Assembly: GCA_963709405.1 (NCBI GenBank)
Contig: CAVPXM010000054.1
Location: 32,881 to 96,880 of the forward strand
Reading direction: 5' to 3'
From: an uncultured Nitrososphaerales archaeon
GTDB lineage: Archaea; Thermoproteota; Nitrososphaeria; Nitrososphaerales; Nitrososphaeraceae
Length of the DNA stretch: 64,000 nt
A program made the position numbers and the translations under genes. Shown in pieces: positions 1 to 11,329 of this stretch. The notes under the pieces were generated by a model. It was not told the DNA's origin. It made no database searches and was given only the letters and a program-made list of their open reading frames with translations. The stretch's first letter is position 1, and every line of letters starts with the position of its first letter.

Positions 1-289
1 GATATATAGATACTACTTTACGCTTCAAAGAAGCAGAATCTTCATTTTGAAGTACAATAGCGGTGACTTCGTCAGAAGAACCACCAGATGCTGATGTCTT
101 TCCTCTCCTGGGCTCTGGTAGTATGGATAATGAATTGTTTGCCTCGCGAATAATAACAACTGGATCTCCAGCCTTAAGATGCATTTCAGTTAACCATTTT
201 TTCGGTAGGGATAAAATGTAAGTCGATCTTCCCGTAAACTGTATTTTACGTACTTCACTGTTTTTAGAGCCAAGATCGTAAGAGCTCAA
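1..289 (-). CDS. Phosphate uptake regulator, AbrB/SpoVT-PhoU family (5' part; runs off window)
   Basis: Manual translation from TTG at 289: MSSYDLGSKNSEVRKIQFTGRSTYILSLPKKWLTEMHLKAGDPVVIIRE; the RKIQ..G.STY..SLPK.W motif is the AbrB N-terminus of archaeal PhoU regulators; pst operon nearby. Confidence 0.85.
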   Translation of the reverse strand, partial: MSSYDLGSKNSEVRKIQFTGRSTYILSLPKKWLTEMHLKAGDPVVIIREANNSLSILPEPRRGKTSASGGSSDEVTAIVLQNEDSASLKRKVVSIY

Positions 290-335
290 TAGAAAAGGTA
301 ATATGTCGCACTAATAAACATGTTATGGCAATCGT

Positions 336-382
336 TCATATAGACCTATATACCTATAGTCGAACTATATAGACTATTTAGT
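336..382. promoter_or_regulatory. Tandem CTATATAG-like array (candidate Pho box) upstream of AbrB-PhoU
   Basis: tcatatag, ctatatac, ctatagtc, ctatatag (365-372), ctatttag; similar arrays precede pstS, pstC, pstB and the 12614 gene. Confidence 0.6.
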
Positions 383-967
383 CACAGCTTGTGTCGACTA
401 CAAATATTATGAGTAATGTGCAAAATATTTATTTTTTAGTAGGATTGTTTGTCAATTCTATTAATAGTTTTTTATATCTTACCACCGGATGGCACTCCAC
501 TGTACATTTCTAAAAGACAGGATTTAACAAGGTATGCATTTATTACGATGTCCTGATGCCCATCTCCTGGCAGGGTAATGTGATTTCTTATATTGTACTA
601 CTAAACCAGCTAATATTGCATAACCGGTTTTTAAATTCAAAAATTTGGCCTTCGCAGGCATGTGAATATCTACATAAACAGATAGAAGATTGGATAAGAC
701 AAGGTGGGTTCCGCGAACACCGCCCTGGATAGCGCAATTCTTTTATTATTATTTTTGCAGATCGGTTATAAATTCTCTGACTCCAGCTAGTCTAAATCTT
801 CTAATTCTATTATTGAGAGTTAAGCAAATCTAAGAATTTCATATAGTACTGTCATACTATTTAAGGAGATAGCATAGGTTCCTCATAATTAGCTAGAGGA
901 TCTGTCAAACTATCAAGTCTACCTTCGCGTGAAAATTTATAGTAAATCTCGTGCTCAAGTACAGATA

Positions 968-1042
968 TGCGAAGTGCGGGATTTGAACCCGCGATCCCGA
1001 GCTTGGGAAGCTCGTACCTTAACCAGGCTGGGCTAACTTCGC
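968..1042 (-). tRNA. tRNA-Gly(CCC)
   Basis: Reverse complement GCGAAGT TA GCCCAGCCTGGTTAAGGT A CGAGC TTCCCAA GCTCG GGATC GCGGG TTCAAAT CCCGC ACTTCGC A folds as a cloverleaf; no intron, no encoded CCA. Confidence 0.95.
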
Positions 1043-1340
1043 AATATTCATTTTAAAATTAGAAGGCAAAAATAATAACGTTACGAATACAAAGAATGGT
1101 ATTAGGTGAGCCTATAAACTCTGAATTGAGATGAGATTTTAACACTTTCTAATCCCATTCGATGTTGTTATTCGAATAATGAAGCGCTAATTATCATCTT
1201 ACAGATAATATATCTATCTAGTTAGCGATATTATTGGCTCTTAAGCCATTCTATAATTCTATTAAGGATCGAATTATGCAAAAGATCTTCATTCTAGCGA
1301 TATAAGAAAGTAAATTCTAACACAATGATTCTAGGAAAAG

Positions 1341-1967
1341 ATGATAGACCTAGTTAGAGTAATTATTTATGATCCCTCTCTGATAAATAAACAATTGTTC
1401 AATTCAAATAAGGATGGCGAAAACACAAATAAACTCCTTGCAAAGCTTACCGAATTTGACACCAATATACGTGGAGCATATCTCGTTAATCTTATTTCTA
1501 TCCGTGGAATAATCAAAGAAGTGATATCATATCATTTTTGTTCTGACAACGATGGGGATGATAAACGTAAACAATTCGTATCGGTGTTCCTGAACGATAG
1601 GTATTCATTTTCATTTGATATTATTGACATACTTGAAGAAATCCTGAAGCATAATTACTCAGATTTAATCCAAGAATATTCGAAACTGATCAATAGACTC
1701 AAAGAGATGATTAAATTTGGAAATTGGTTATCCTGTTCAAATCTTGATATGTCCAAGGAATATCTAGCAAAACATGATTTTATGAATGAAGATAAAATCC
1801 AATTAGTATCTTACGATAATATAGGACATACAAATTATAAAGAAATAACGAAAACCGAAATGGACGAAAGACTAGTAGATTGTTTGGACATTTATCTAGC
1901 TCTTGAAGATATCAGGGCTGAGGTCAGAGATCGGGTGCTAACCGGTCGCAATAATAGATCTGCATAA
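1341..1967 (+). CDS. Hypothetical protein
   Basis: 208-aa ORF with protein-like composition, no recognised motif. Confidence 0.6.
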   Translation: MIDLVRVIIYDPSLINKQLFNSNKDGENTNKLLAKLTEFDTNIRGAYLVNLISIRGIIKEVISYHFCSDNDGDDKRKQFVSVFLNDRYSFSFDIIDILEEILKHNYSDLIQEYSKLINRLKEMIKFGNWLSCSNLDMSKEYLAKHDFMNEDKIQLVSYDNIGHTNYKEITKTEMDERLVDCLDIYLALEDIRAEVRDRVLTGRNNRSA

Positions 1968-2384
1968 TGATTTGTGCAGTATAATCTTTAATGATTTAAG
2001 TTTAGTATAACAGTTCCGCATAAAGATTCTAATCTTGTATTAGTTGTTAATTTGACGTAGGATTAAAAATAGTGATTTCAGGAATTATTAATACTACGTA
2101 AGATAACAGGCAGGCGTGAGATTTTATCATAGACCCTTAAAATGATGAATTAATGAGTTGTGACTGACTTAAAATAGACGGTATTGATATTGTCTTTTCA
2201 AACCGGAGAGTTAAGTTCGTCTTAATTCACATGACTAATTGTGTCAATTTCACGTAAGACAATGATAGTAATCCGGGAATAAATTTCTTGTAAATAGTTC
2301 AAAGAATAAATAAAATGTAATTGTCGATTTTATTCTAAACCATCGTAAGCCTCACTTTATATAAATCTGATTTTAATAATTGGT

Positions 2385-2498
2385 ATGGCCTATATGAAAG
2401 TCTGCTCAACCTGCAAAGGTGCTGGTTTAATACTATGAGTAGATGAAAGTAATATTAATAAATTAGTCATTGAGGACTGTCCAGATTGTAATTGTTGA
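2385..2498 (+). pseudogene. Zinc-finger microprotein (CxxCxGxG...CPxC) with in-frame TGA
   Basis: MAYMKVCSTCKGAGLIL*VDESNINKLVIEDCPDCNC*; TTTATATAAA at 2356-2365. Confidence 0.5.
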
Positions 2499-2676
2499 CA
2501 CCAAGCTGTGTCGATAAGAGATGCTTTTCATGGTTAACTTCTTGCAAATGAGTTCTACAAGAAGTCTCTTCGTCGTATAATAGTTAAAATATCAGGTTTA
2601 TTTTAAAAATGTGGTGAATCCGTTTTATAATATTTATATAACTGGGATATCATAATAATATTACTTATTCTTTAAG

Positions 2677-3585
2677 ATGATGAAAAATTCAACTATATGT
2701 AAAATGTGTAATAAAGACGGTAAGACCATAACAGATCCTGAGTCAGGAGAAATCATCTGCAGTAATTGTGGTATGGTCATATTGGAAAATGCTCAGGAGA
2801 ATCGTGCTGAATGGCGCGCCTTTAATGTAGACGAGGCAAAAACCAGAAGCCGTGCCGGAATGCCTATATCTTTGGCAAGGCATGATATGGGACTTGCTAC
2901 TATAATTGGACGAGCAGATAAAGATGCCAGTGGCCGTGGATTGGATGCTTCCGTCCGTTCTACCATGGACAGGTTGAGAGCATGGGACTTTAGAACTCAG
3001 GCCTACTCTCCTGCAGATAGAAATCTGCGTCACGCATTTAGTGTACTTGAAAGAGTTAAGGACAAACTAGCTCTATCAAATGCAATAGTGGAAAAGACTG
3101 CTTATATTTATAGAAAGGCCCAGGAAAAAGGACTGGTGCGTGGAAGAACTATACCATCAGTCTTAGCTGCATCTGTTTATATCGCCTGTAGGGAAATGGG
3201 GACTTCCAGAACACTAAACGATATTGCAGTACTTAATAATATCAAACGTAAAGAATTGGCAAGAACTACTAGGCTTCTAATATTGGAGTTGGACCTTAGA
3301 GTACCGATGATTGATCCAATGAAATGCATTGCGAAGGTAGCTAATAGGACAAAGCTAAGTGAGAAAACGAAGAGGTACGCAATGAATATTATGAATCATG
3401 TTACTAAAAGTGGTATATCGGCTGGCAAGGATCCGATGGGACTAGCTGGTTCAATTCTTTACCTATCTTCCAAGAATTCAGGTGAGAATATAACCCAAAT
3501 AGATATCGCTGAGGCAGCTGGTGTAACTGAAGTAACGATTAGAAACCGCTTCAAGGATCTGAAAAACCGACTCGATTTAAATTAG
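2677..3585 (+). CDS. tfb: Transcription initiation factor IIB (TFB paralog 1)
   Basis: Zn ribbon CKMC..DPESGEIICSNCG, B-reader EWRAF, cyclin repeats (GLVRGR, GKDPMG), HTH GVTEVTIRNRF. Confidence 0.97.
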   Translation: MMKNSTICKMCNKDGKTITDPESGEIICSNCGMVILENAQENRAEWRAFNVDEAKTRSRAGMPISLARHDMGLATIIGRADKDASGRGLDASVRSTMDRLRAWDFRTQAYSPADRNLRHAFSVLERVKDKLALSNAIVEKTAYIYRKAQEKGLVRGRTIPSVLAASVYIACREMGTSRTLNDIAVLNNIKRKELARTTRLLILELDLRVPMIDPMKCIAKVANRTKLSEKTKRYAMNIMNHVTKSGISAGKDPMGLAGSILYLSSKNSGENITQIDIAEAAGVTEVTIRNRFKDLKNRLDLN

Positions 3586-3734
3586 ATTTTTATTCTTTGT
3601 TTTTATTGTGAATATTTTGTCTTTTGAGAGCGAATATTATTAAAGCAGAGCTAGGTTCTTAAAGGAAATGACAACAATATGATTTTTCTGCAGAATTTTA
3701 GGTAGCGAGCAAGATCATAATTACAAGTACCTTT

Positions 3735-4295
3735 CTACTTTTGTAAACGTCCACATTTGCTACAGAATTTGGCCTTTATTAAAATCTGATGATTACATAC
3801 ATTACATCTTTTATAATTCTCCAGGCCTGTTGTTGACTTTGTAGATTTTCTATCATACAAGCTTTGGTGCTGCGGTTTAGGTAATGTATACTGATCCTCC
3901 TCAATTTCACTTTCTCGTCTCGTATCATTTTTTCCGACATTGCCACCAATATTTATAAAGCCACCAATCCCGAAGCCTGAATTGGGGGCGGAAGCAGAGG
4001 CCAAATCAGGCAGCATATCACCACCTGTCGAATCCTTCATTGATGTTCCCTTCTGGATAGCATTCTTCAGTTCTAAAAGAACACGGATCATAAGAAAATT
4101 CGCAGCTGAAAAAGAAATTAGATATGTCAAGAATTTAGAACAGAATTCAGTTTCACTCATTTTTCCTTCTTTATATTGTTGGTGTGATTCTGAAAAATGT
4201 CTATATAAGTTTAGTGTATCATTATTTTGACTTTTCAATTTCTCTGATAATGCACCTAGGACGTCTACACCAAAAGACAATACTATTCTTATCAA
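3735..4295 (-). CDS. Hypothetical protein with C-terminal zinc ribbon
   Basis: C-terminal CNVC..AKFCSKCG; start uncertain. Confidence 0.7.
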   Translation of the reverse strand: MIRIVLSFGVDVLGALSEKLKSQNNDTLNLYRHFSESHQQYKEGKMSETEFCSKFLTYLISFSAANFLMIRVLLELKNAIQKGTSMKDSTGGDMLPDLASASAPNSGFGIGGFINIGGNVGKNDTRRESEIEEDQYTLPKPQHQSLYDRKSTKSTTGLENYKRCNVCNHQILIKAKFCSKCGRLQK

Positions 4296-4942
4296 CGTGG
4301 GTACTTATTAATTAATTCATTGACTGACCGCTTTTATATTTACAAGTATGAAAAAAGATCTGGAGAAGATGATAGCGATTTAGAGATCACTCCGGGATGC
4401 ATGTGACCAAAATTAGAAACGATATACAACTAGAATTGAAAAATGTGAATATGAATATGAATACATATATTCAAGCTAAATCTTGCCATCACCATGATCA
4501 ATTGATATTTATAGTCCAGTAACTTTGCCACGCTTAAAGTATCATGAAAGGTTTTTATCTAATATTTCATGTTTGACTAACACTTGCGTACCTGGTATTC
4601 ATGTCAGCAATCAAGAAATCTGATATTGTGTTTGACAGATTTACTAACTTTGAAAAACTTTACTTGACAGAAAAAATTCTCTTTATCAATACACTTTATC
4701 CATCTATACATAGCATCAACAATTAAAAGTACTGGTTGGCTGATAATTGTGCATTATCCAGGTATTCGTGACCTGTCGACTTAAGACATGAACAATGATA
4801 TTGGGCTTCAAGAAAATAAAATTAGAAGGACTTACTACGGATTGTGAAATTTTATATAATGAATAATATCTGTTGTACACATCATAAAAAGATAGGTATC
4901 TTCTACGACCTGATCTGCGTGGAGTCGAACTAAATAATGTAA

Positions 4943-4995
4943 TTACATAGTTCTACATAGATCTATACGAACTCTATCCAGAACTAAGATAACTA
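4943..4995 (+). promoter_or_regulatory. pstS promoter: octamer array plus ATAACTA box
   Basis: ttacatag 4943, ctacatag 4953, ctatacga 4963, ctatccag 4974; ATAACTA 4989-4995, 27 nt before the start. Confidence 0.6.
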
Positions 4996-5015
4996 GCTAT
5001 ATCTTATCAAAAATA

Positions 5016-6146
5016 ATGTCAAAATGCGTTATGAAATCTGTAGTAATTGTAATAATGACTTCATTACTACTAACGGGAATCGTAACACTCAGTATGTCTG
5101 AACGGTCGTATGCCCAGCTTCTTCCTAAGCAGATGCAGACGTCCGGTCAATCAAATATTAATGGTGCAGGTGCAACCTTTCCCTTCCCATTAATTGATAC
5201 ATGGCGAGTACAGTACCAGAAGGTCAAGCCAGATGTGAATATTAATTATCAGTCAATTGGCAGCGGCGGAGGTATTAAGCAATTTACGGCTAAAACCGTA
5301 GATTTCGGTGCTTCAGATGCTCCGCTTTCAGCTGCGGAAAGAGCAAAAGCTCCAGGCGCGGTACACATACCAGAAACAATTGGTTCTGTAGTAGCAGCTT
5401 ATAATATTCCAGGCATTCCTGATAAGGGGCTCAAGCTTACTGGTCCAATCCTTGCAGATATCTTCTTAGGTAAGATAAAGAAGTGGAATGATCCACGAAT
5501 TCAATCGTTAAACCCAGACAAGAAACTTCCAGCAGCTGATATCGTGACGGTTCACAGATCAGATGGGTCAGGCACGACTTTTGTATGGACTAATTATCTG
5601 TCAGATGCAAGTCCGCAATTCAATCAGACAATTGGAGCCTCCAAGTCAGTTCAATGGCCGACTGGTGTTGGAGCTCCTGGTAATGAAGGTGTGGCAAACG
5701 CAATTAAGGGCTCACCTAACACTATTGGATATATAGAATTGAACTATGCTCTACAAACTAAAACACCCTACGCATTTATCCAGAATAAGGCAGGCAAGTT
5801 CATTGAACCAACCTTAGAATCAGTCAAGCAAGCCGCAGCGGATGTAGCTGCAAAAGGCTTACCAGCTGGAGATAAATCATGGGAAAAAGTGTCATTGCTT
5901 AATGATAACGGAAGCAATGCCTATCCTATCGCAAGCTTTTCTTACTTGCTTCTGCCAAAAGACCTGGGTACCAGTGCTAATATGAACCAAGCAAAAGCAA
6001 AGGCGCTGGTTGATTTCATTAGCTGGGCAATTACTGATGGACAGAAACTAGCATCAAATCTAGGCTATGTTCCACTTCCAGACCAAGTTGTCAAGCTTAA
6101 TCAAGATACAATCAAATCGCTAACGTTCAATGGAAAACCACTCTGA
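5016..6146 (+). CDS. pstS: Phosphate ABC transporter substrate-binding protein
   Basis: Signal peptide; GAGATFPFP, YQSIGSGGGI, DFGASDAPL, HRSDGSGTT motifs. Confidence 0.98.
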   Translation: MSKCVMKSVVIVIMTSLLLTGIVTLSMSERSYAQLLPKQMQTSGQSNINGAGATFPFPLIDTWRVQYQKVKPDVNINYQSIGSGGGIKQFTAKTVDFGASDAPLSAAERAKAPGAVHIPETIGSVVAAYNIPGIPDKGLKLTGPILADIFLGKIKKWNDPRIQSLNPDKKLPAADIVTVHRSDGSGTTFVWTNYLSDASPQFNQTIGASKSVQWPTGVGAPGNEGVANAIKGSPNTIGYIELNYALQTKTPYAFIQNKAGKFIEPTLESVKQAAADVAAKGLPAGDKSWEKVSLLNDNGSNAYPIASFSYLLLPKDLGTSANMNQAKAKALVDFISWAITDGQKLASNLGYVPLPDQVVKLNQDTIKSLTFNGKPL

Positions 6147-6198
6147 GCCGATACTAAAATCATGACGAAGCCATGATATCAACAACTTTTTTTACATA

Positions 6199-6251
6199 CT
6201 ATATAGACTATTATGATCTATGGTATGACTATATGTAAATCTAATATAACC
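6199..6251 (+). promoter_or_regulatory. pstC promoter: octamer array plus ATAACC box
   Basis: ctatatag 6199, ctattatg 6208, ctatggta 6218, ctatatgt 6229; ATAACC 6246-6251. Confidence 0.55.
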
Positions 6252-6391
6252 ATGGATTCTTCAAAAATAACGGGCGAGTATTTACGGTAAGCGGATCTAT
6301 CCATCTAAATACTGACATCAAGGAAAAGGTCTCGTCTTTTCTAGTAGGTGATGGGAAAAGAAAAAAAATTGGCGATAAATTATTTCATGGT

Positions 6392-7300
6392 GTGGTCATA
6401 GGTACCGCAGCTTATACATTATTCATTATAGTTATTGTAATGATCTCAGTCGGTTTAGGGTCGGTGAAGATCTTTTCTTATGAAGGATTTATTGGATTTG
6501 TGACTGGTACCAATTGGAATGCAGTTGAGGGCCGCGAATCCTATGGCGCTCTACCGTATATTATCGGGACGTTAATGAGTTCAGGAATTGCATTGCTCAT
6601 TGGCGTACCTATGAGTCTAGGTATAGCATACTTTCTATCCGAAATGGCCCCTACTAAAGTAAGCTCGCCATTATCTTTTGTAATAGAATTGCTAGCAGCT
6701 GTTCCAAGTATAATTTATGGTTTGTGGGCTCTCTTTGTATTTAGATTCCTGATAAAAGACTGGATAGAAACACCATTGTATAATACCCTTGGACCCTATA
6801 TACCATTCTTTAACCAGGCACCATTTGGTCTTGATGTATTTACAGCAGGGATAGTTCTTGCGATAATGATCATTCCTATAGTCTCATCGATCAGTCGAGA
6901 TGTCATGAGGGCTGTTCCAAACACTCAAAGAGAGGCAGCATACAGTCTTGGAGCTACTAGGTGGGAGACAGCGAGGATTGCGGTTTTTCCTTATGGCAAG
7001 TCCGGCTTGTTAGGAGCTTCCATTTTAGGATTTGGCAGAGCGGTAGGTGAAACCATGCTCGTTACATTGATAATTGGAAACGCAATAGGCCCTGCAGCGA
7101 TTCCAACTACACTTTTCTCACAAAGCCAGACACTCTCAAGTTTGATTGCTAATGAATTTAACGAAGCATCTTCTGATTTACAGCTATCTGCTTTAATTGG
7201 TCTTGGAGCAGTCTTACTCATGCTAACTATGATTATTAATATTATTGCAAGGCTTATGGTTTCAAAAATGGTAAAGGTAAGCCCAGGACAGAGGGAATAA
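6392..7300 (+). CDS. pstC: Phosphate ABC transporter permease
   Basis: ELLAAVPSIIYGLW, EAAYSLGATRWET, GRAVGETM; frame open back to 6245 so the true start may be upstream. Confidence 0.96.
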   Translation: MVIGTAAYTLFIIVIVMISVGLGSVKIFSYEGFIGFVTGTNWNAVEGRESYGALPYIIGTLMSSGIALLIGVPMSLGIAYFLSEMAPTKVSSPLSFVIELLAAVPSIIYGLWALFVFRFLIKDWIETPLYNTLGPYIPFFNQAPFGLDVFTAGIVLAIMIIPIVSSISRDVMRAVPNTQREAAYSLGATRWETARIAVFPYGKSGLLGASILGFGRAVGETMLVTLIIGNAIGPAAIPTTLFSQSQTLSSLIANEFNEASSDLQLSALIGLGAVLLMLTMIINIIARLMVSKMVKVSPGQRE

Positions 7301-7305
7301 AAAGA

Positions 7306-8301
7306 TTGAATAACAATAATGAGCATAAGGAAGAACAAGGGAAAATATCGAAAGATAAATCCCTTAGTACTAGTATTAGTTACAGACAGGTTTTTGATGA
7401 CATATCATCGAAGCACACTTCCAAGCGTAGAATTACTAACAAGATTGTTAGTATTGTTGCCATAATTTTTGTTATTGGAGCCATAATCCCGCTAGGTAGT
7501 ATTTTACTAGAAGTGATAAAAAATGGCATAGCAGTAATAAGTATACAGTTTCTCACGCAACCACCAGGTTCTGTTGGTTCTGGCAGCGGTGGTATCGGCC
7601 CAGCCATTCAAGGAACGGTAATTACTGTTGGGCTAGCATCGTTAATTGGAGCTCCTATTGGAATACTTTCTGGAATCTATCTATCAGAATATGCTCCTGC
7701 CGGAAGTGTTAAGGGCGGAAGAGAAAGAGCAGTTCGTATCTTTGCCAATACTATTAGACTATTCAATGATGTTCTCACAGGTTTGCCGTCTATAGTTATC
7801 GGTATAGTTGGGTATGTGACTATAGTCCTTGCTATCAACTCGTTCTCTGTATGGGCTGGAGCTTTTGCTCTTTCAATAATAATGATACCTATAATATCCA
7901 GAGTAACTGAAGAAACACTAAAGTTAGTACCTAATTCACTCCGTGAGGCTGGGTATTCTCTTGGTATTTCGAAATCAAAGATTACCCTTTTTATAGTTCT
8001 CAAAAATGCCAAAGATGGAGTACTGACTGGCGTTATCTTAGCCATATCAAGAATAGCTGGAGAGACCGCTCCTCTTATAATGACTATACTCGGCACGAGC
8101 CTGTTCTTTACAGGCCTCACGGGTCCAGTTGATGCATTACCCTTGAGAATATGGAGATTGGCCTCACAACCATATGAATCTGCGCATGCTTTTGGATGGG
8201 GTGCTGCACTTGTCCTCATACTCATGATTCTTGTTTTAAGCGCAAGTATAAGGATAATTGCCCACGGCAAAGGCATCAGAGTAAGAACTGAGACTATATA
8301 G
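7306..8301 (+). CDS. pstA: Phosphate ABC transporter permease
   Basis: IYLSEY, GLPSIVIG, REAGYSLG, RIAGETAPL. Confidence 0.96.
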   Translation: MNNNNEHKEEQGKISKDKSLSTSISYRQVFDDISSKHTSKRRITNKIVSIVAIIFVIGAIIPLGSILLEVIKNGIAVISIQFLTQPPGSVGSGSGGIGPAIQGTVITVGLASLIGAPIGILSGIYLSEYAPAGSVKGGRERAVRIFANTIRLFNDVLTGLPSIVIGIVGYVTIVLAINSFSVWAGAFALSIIMIPIISRVTEETLKLVPNSLREAGYSLGISKSKITLFIVLKNAKDGVLTGVILAISRIAGETAPLIMTILGTSLFFTGLTGPVDALPLRIWRLASQPYESAHAFGWGAALVLILMILVLSASIRIIAHGKGIRVRTETI

Positions 8302-8321
8302 TATCCTGAAAGATCATTTCA

Positions 8322-8371
8322 CTACTTAGTCTATATTGTTCTATATGAATTATGTAGGGAATGCATAACTA
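8322..8371 (+). promoter_or_regulatory. pstB internal promoter: octamer array plus ATAACTA box
   Basis: ctacttag 8322, ctatattg 8331, ctatatga 8341, ttatgtag 8350; ATAACTA 8365-8371. Confidence 0.55.
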
Positions 8372-8396
8372 TAGCGTGGTTAGTACAGATTTGTAA

Positions 8397-9251
8397 TTGA
8401 GTAGTGGTGATAGTAATAAGGAAGTTACAAGTTATGCTCCAGAGCGGAATAATATTGATAATAATGAGGTGCTGGCACCAGCAACCACACAGGCTAACAT
8501 CAAGCTATCAATTCGGAATGTTAATGCATGGTTTGGAAAAAAACATGCAGTGAAAGACGTTAGTTTGGATGTTAAGGAAAATAGTGTTACAGCTTTTATC
8601 GGACCTTCTGGATGTGGTAAAACAACTCTTCTTCGTTGCATAAATCGCATGCATGAGATGACTCCAGGAGGAAAATCAGACGGTGAAGTCGTGTTGGATG
8701 GTCTTAATATCTATGATAAATCTTCGGATCCTGCCATAATAAAACGGCGTATAGGTATGGTTTTTCAAAAGCCTAATCCTTTTCCAACCATGAGTATATA
8801 TGATAATGTGGCCGCAGGATTGAAACTTAATGGTGTTAGGGATAAAAAGCTGATCCGTGATATCGTCGAGCAGAGTCTTGTGGAAGCTGCGCTATGGGAA
8901 GAAGTAAAGAATGAACTTCATATGCCTGGAATGGGTTTATCAGGCGGACAGCAACAGCGTCTTTGCATAGCTAGAGCACTTGCCATGCAACCTGAGATAC
9001 TTCTAATGGACGAACCAACTTCTGCTTTAGATCCAATTGCATCCTCTAAAATTGAAGAGCTTGTCCAACATTTGAAAGAACATTTGACCATAATTATCGT
9101 AACTCACAATATGCAGCAAGCAGCCAGGGTGTCAGAATATACTGCATTTATGTATATCGGTGAATTAATAGAATATGACCAAACCAAAGATATATTTAAG
9201 AATCCACACAAGGAATTAACTGAAAAGTACATTTCTGGAAGATTCGGCTAA
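8397..9251 (+). CDS. pstB: Phosphate ABC transporter ATPase
   Basis: Walker [44 protein letters not shown]-terminal YISGRFG. Confidence 0.98.
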   Translation: MSSGDSNKEVTSYAPERNNIDNNEVLAPATTQANIKLSIRNVNAWFGKKHAVKDVSLDVKENSVTAFIGPSGCGKTTLLRCINRMHEMTPGGKSDGEVVLDGLNIYDKSSDPAIIKRRIGMVFQKPNPFPTMSIYDNVAAGLKLNGVRDKKLIRDIVEQSLVEAALWEEVKNELHMPGMGLSGGQQQRLCIARALAMQPEILLMDEPTSALDPIASSKIEELVQHLKEHLTIIIVTHNMQQAARVSEYTAFMYIGELIEYDQTKDIFKNPHKELTEKYISGRFG

Positions 9252-9325
9252 AAATGTATGAAATTTATGCGAACGAAATGTCATGAAGAGTCTGATAACG
9301 ATGTTTTATGGAATTGTAGTCATGG

Positions 9326-9985
9326 TTGTTGTGGCTTTTGGCTAGACTGCTAGATGTAGGTTTAGATCGTATTCGTAATATAATTACGGATATGGCTAGC
9401 CTAGCTGAAATCTCGGTGTTCTCTGCTTTAGAGGCGTATCAAAGCGAAGGCAATGCAAAGAAACACATTTTTGAGCAATCAGAAAAGCTCAAAATGCTAC
9501 AAGACGAGGTAACTGATCTTGCAGTAGAACTGATAGCGCGCTATCAACCTGTTGCTACTGATCTCAGGTTTATCAAGTCTTGTATGGAAGTTGCATATGG
9601 ATTTTCTAGGTATGGACGCTACTCCTATGACATTGTAGATGTACTTGAAACGCTTGGGCCTTTATCGGGTTGTGATAAGTCTGCAGTTTCAGAAATGGCA
9701 ATAACTGTCAGAAAAATGATTCTACTAAGTGTAGATGCGTTACAGTCTAGAGACAAAACGGCTGCGCAGGATCTATATCAAATGGATGACACAGTCGATA
9801 CTCTTTACAGAAAATATTTGCGGGAACTTGTTTCATCCCTATCAAAAAATAGTTCAGAAGAACCACGGTGCTATATTTCGAATTTACTTATTTTAAGATA
9901 CTTAGAGCGAATTTCGGATCATGCATGTTACGTTGGAGATTCTATTTATTATATCATAACTGGTACCTCTAGTCCCAGGAGATAA
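9326..9985 (+). CDS. phoU: Phosphate transport regulatory protein PhoU
   Basis: IARYQPVATDLRFI, DDTVD, RYLERISDHA; follows pstB. Confidence 0.95.
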   Translation: MLWLLARLLDVGLDRIRNIITDMASLAEISVFSALEAYQSEGNAKKHIFEQSEKLKMLQDEVTDLAVELIARYQPVATDLRFIKSCMEVAYGFSRYGRYSYDIVDVLETLGPLSGCDKSAVSEMAITVRKMILLSVDALQSRDKTAAQDLYQMDDTVDTLYRKYLRELVSSLSKNSSEEPRCYISNLLILRYLERISDHACYVGDSIYYIITGTSSPRR

Positions 9986-10088
9986 CTGCCGTTACTAAAT
10001 ATCTAGAAATAGTATATCAATTTATTAACATCTATAAGCATGTGATCCATTGCTTGAGTACTGTCAATATCATAGTTAATTGTTGTAC

Positions 10089-11083
10089 TTACACAGATAG
10101 GTTACATTTTTGATTACCTACATGGGTTACACTTTGCTGCTTGTTCTTGTACGTACGGTGGATGTAATTAATCTTTAGAAACATCTCTGATGGAGTAAGG
10201 CCATTTATTCCTCCATGTTCTCTGGTTTCGTTATATGCTTTAACAAAGATATCATATCTTATTTTACCATCATCTGTGTTTGGTATATCCTCAACTGCTA
10301 AAAACTCATTCTTTACTATCTTGTTATATGCTTCTACCTTTCGTTGTAACTGTGGATAGGAATTGGGTATTTGCTTATCCTTTATCTGATTGTGTACAAG
10401 AAAACGTCTAAATATTTTGGATGTAAACTGTTTTCGATTATCATGCATTATCTTTCTGGGCTTGCCATTAATGATTATCCATTCTTCCAGTACGTTAATA
10501 ACATCTACTGACCTCTTTCTTTCAGACCACTTGCTAGCTACTTTTCTTGAACAATCGTCCAGACAGCTAATGATGTAATTCCTTTGACTAGAATTACTCA
10601 GATAGAAAGGTCCAAGGATATCCAACTGCGCACCTGTACCATATCGTTAGGTCGTTTCATTGCAAACCTTTTGTATATTTTATTATTCCTTGTCTTACAG
10701 TTTAGAACATTTAGACCATGTCTCTTTAGTATCTTGTATAAAGTTCGAGTGCTTAATGAGATTCCAACAACCTTTCTTAATCTAAACTTGATCCTATTAC
10801 ATCCAAATCTCTTGGTTAATCGTAGATCAAGTATTGTCTCCTGTATTTCAGATGTTATCTTCTTGTACTTGATATTATGAGGTCTTCTTGAGTTATCGGA
10901 TAGACCTTCTGTTCCTTTATGTTCATATCTCTTATTCCATTTGTAATACGTCTTCCTGGAGACACTATACTTTTTACAAATATTGCTTATGGTGTCACCA
11001 GTCCATTCTTTTTCGTGGATTAGGTTGAATCTAGTTATGATTTCTATATGTATACACTTCCTGACAGCAGAAGTGTAACCCAT
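10089..11083 (-). pseudogene. IS481 transposase, frameshifted near 10625
   Basis: HTH (SRKTYYKWNKRY..GLSDNSRRPH) and DDE core (QMDILGPF, DDCSR, KVEAYNK); short insertion relative to copy 2. Confidence 0.88.
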
Positions 11084-11159
11084 GTCTGTAATCCATGTGA
11101 ACTATTTTAAGGATTTCTGTTTTTCTTAATCTTAGTATAGTTCACCTCTGTTTACATAC

Positions 11160-11295
11160 ACATCCAGTAGTTTTTTCGGATAGTAATCCATTCGAGGCTC
11201 ACCCTCACTACCGTCTTTATCCATTTGTTAAGGAGATGCCACAGTTAGCTAATCGAGGCTTCACCCTCATACAGACAGTCGTGGTTAACACCTTA
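11160..11295 (-). ncRNA. Predicted bridge/seek RNA of the IS1111-type element
   Basis: Two GAGGGTGA(A)GCCTC hairpins each flanked by segments matching target (TGTCTGTA, TAGCTA) or donor (ATGGATTA) junctions; RNA ends approximate. Confidence 0.75.
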
Positions 11296-11329
11296 ACTAT
11301 AATGATAATAATAATTGAATTAATCATCA

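Noticed and set aside
480-800. Open minus-strand frame between AbrB-PhoU and the tRNA
   Set aside because: Short, with no recognisable motif or promoter; left unannotated
6991-8650. Long antisense ORFs over pstC/pstA/pstB (similar ones over IS, SDR and DUF2182 genes)
   Set aside because: Shadows of well-supported genes on the opposite strand; no motifs
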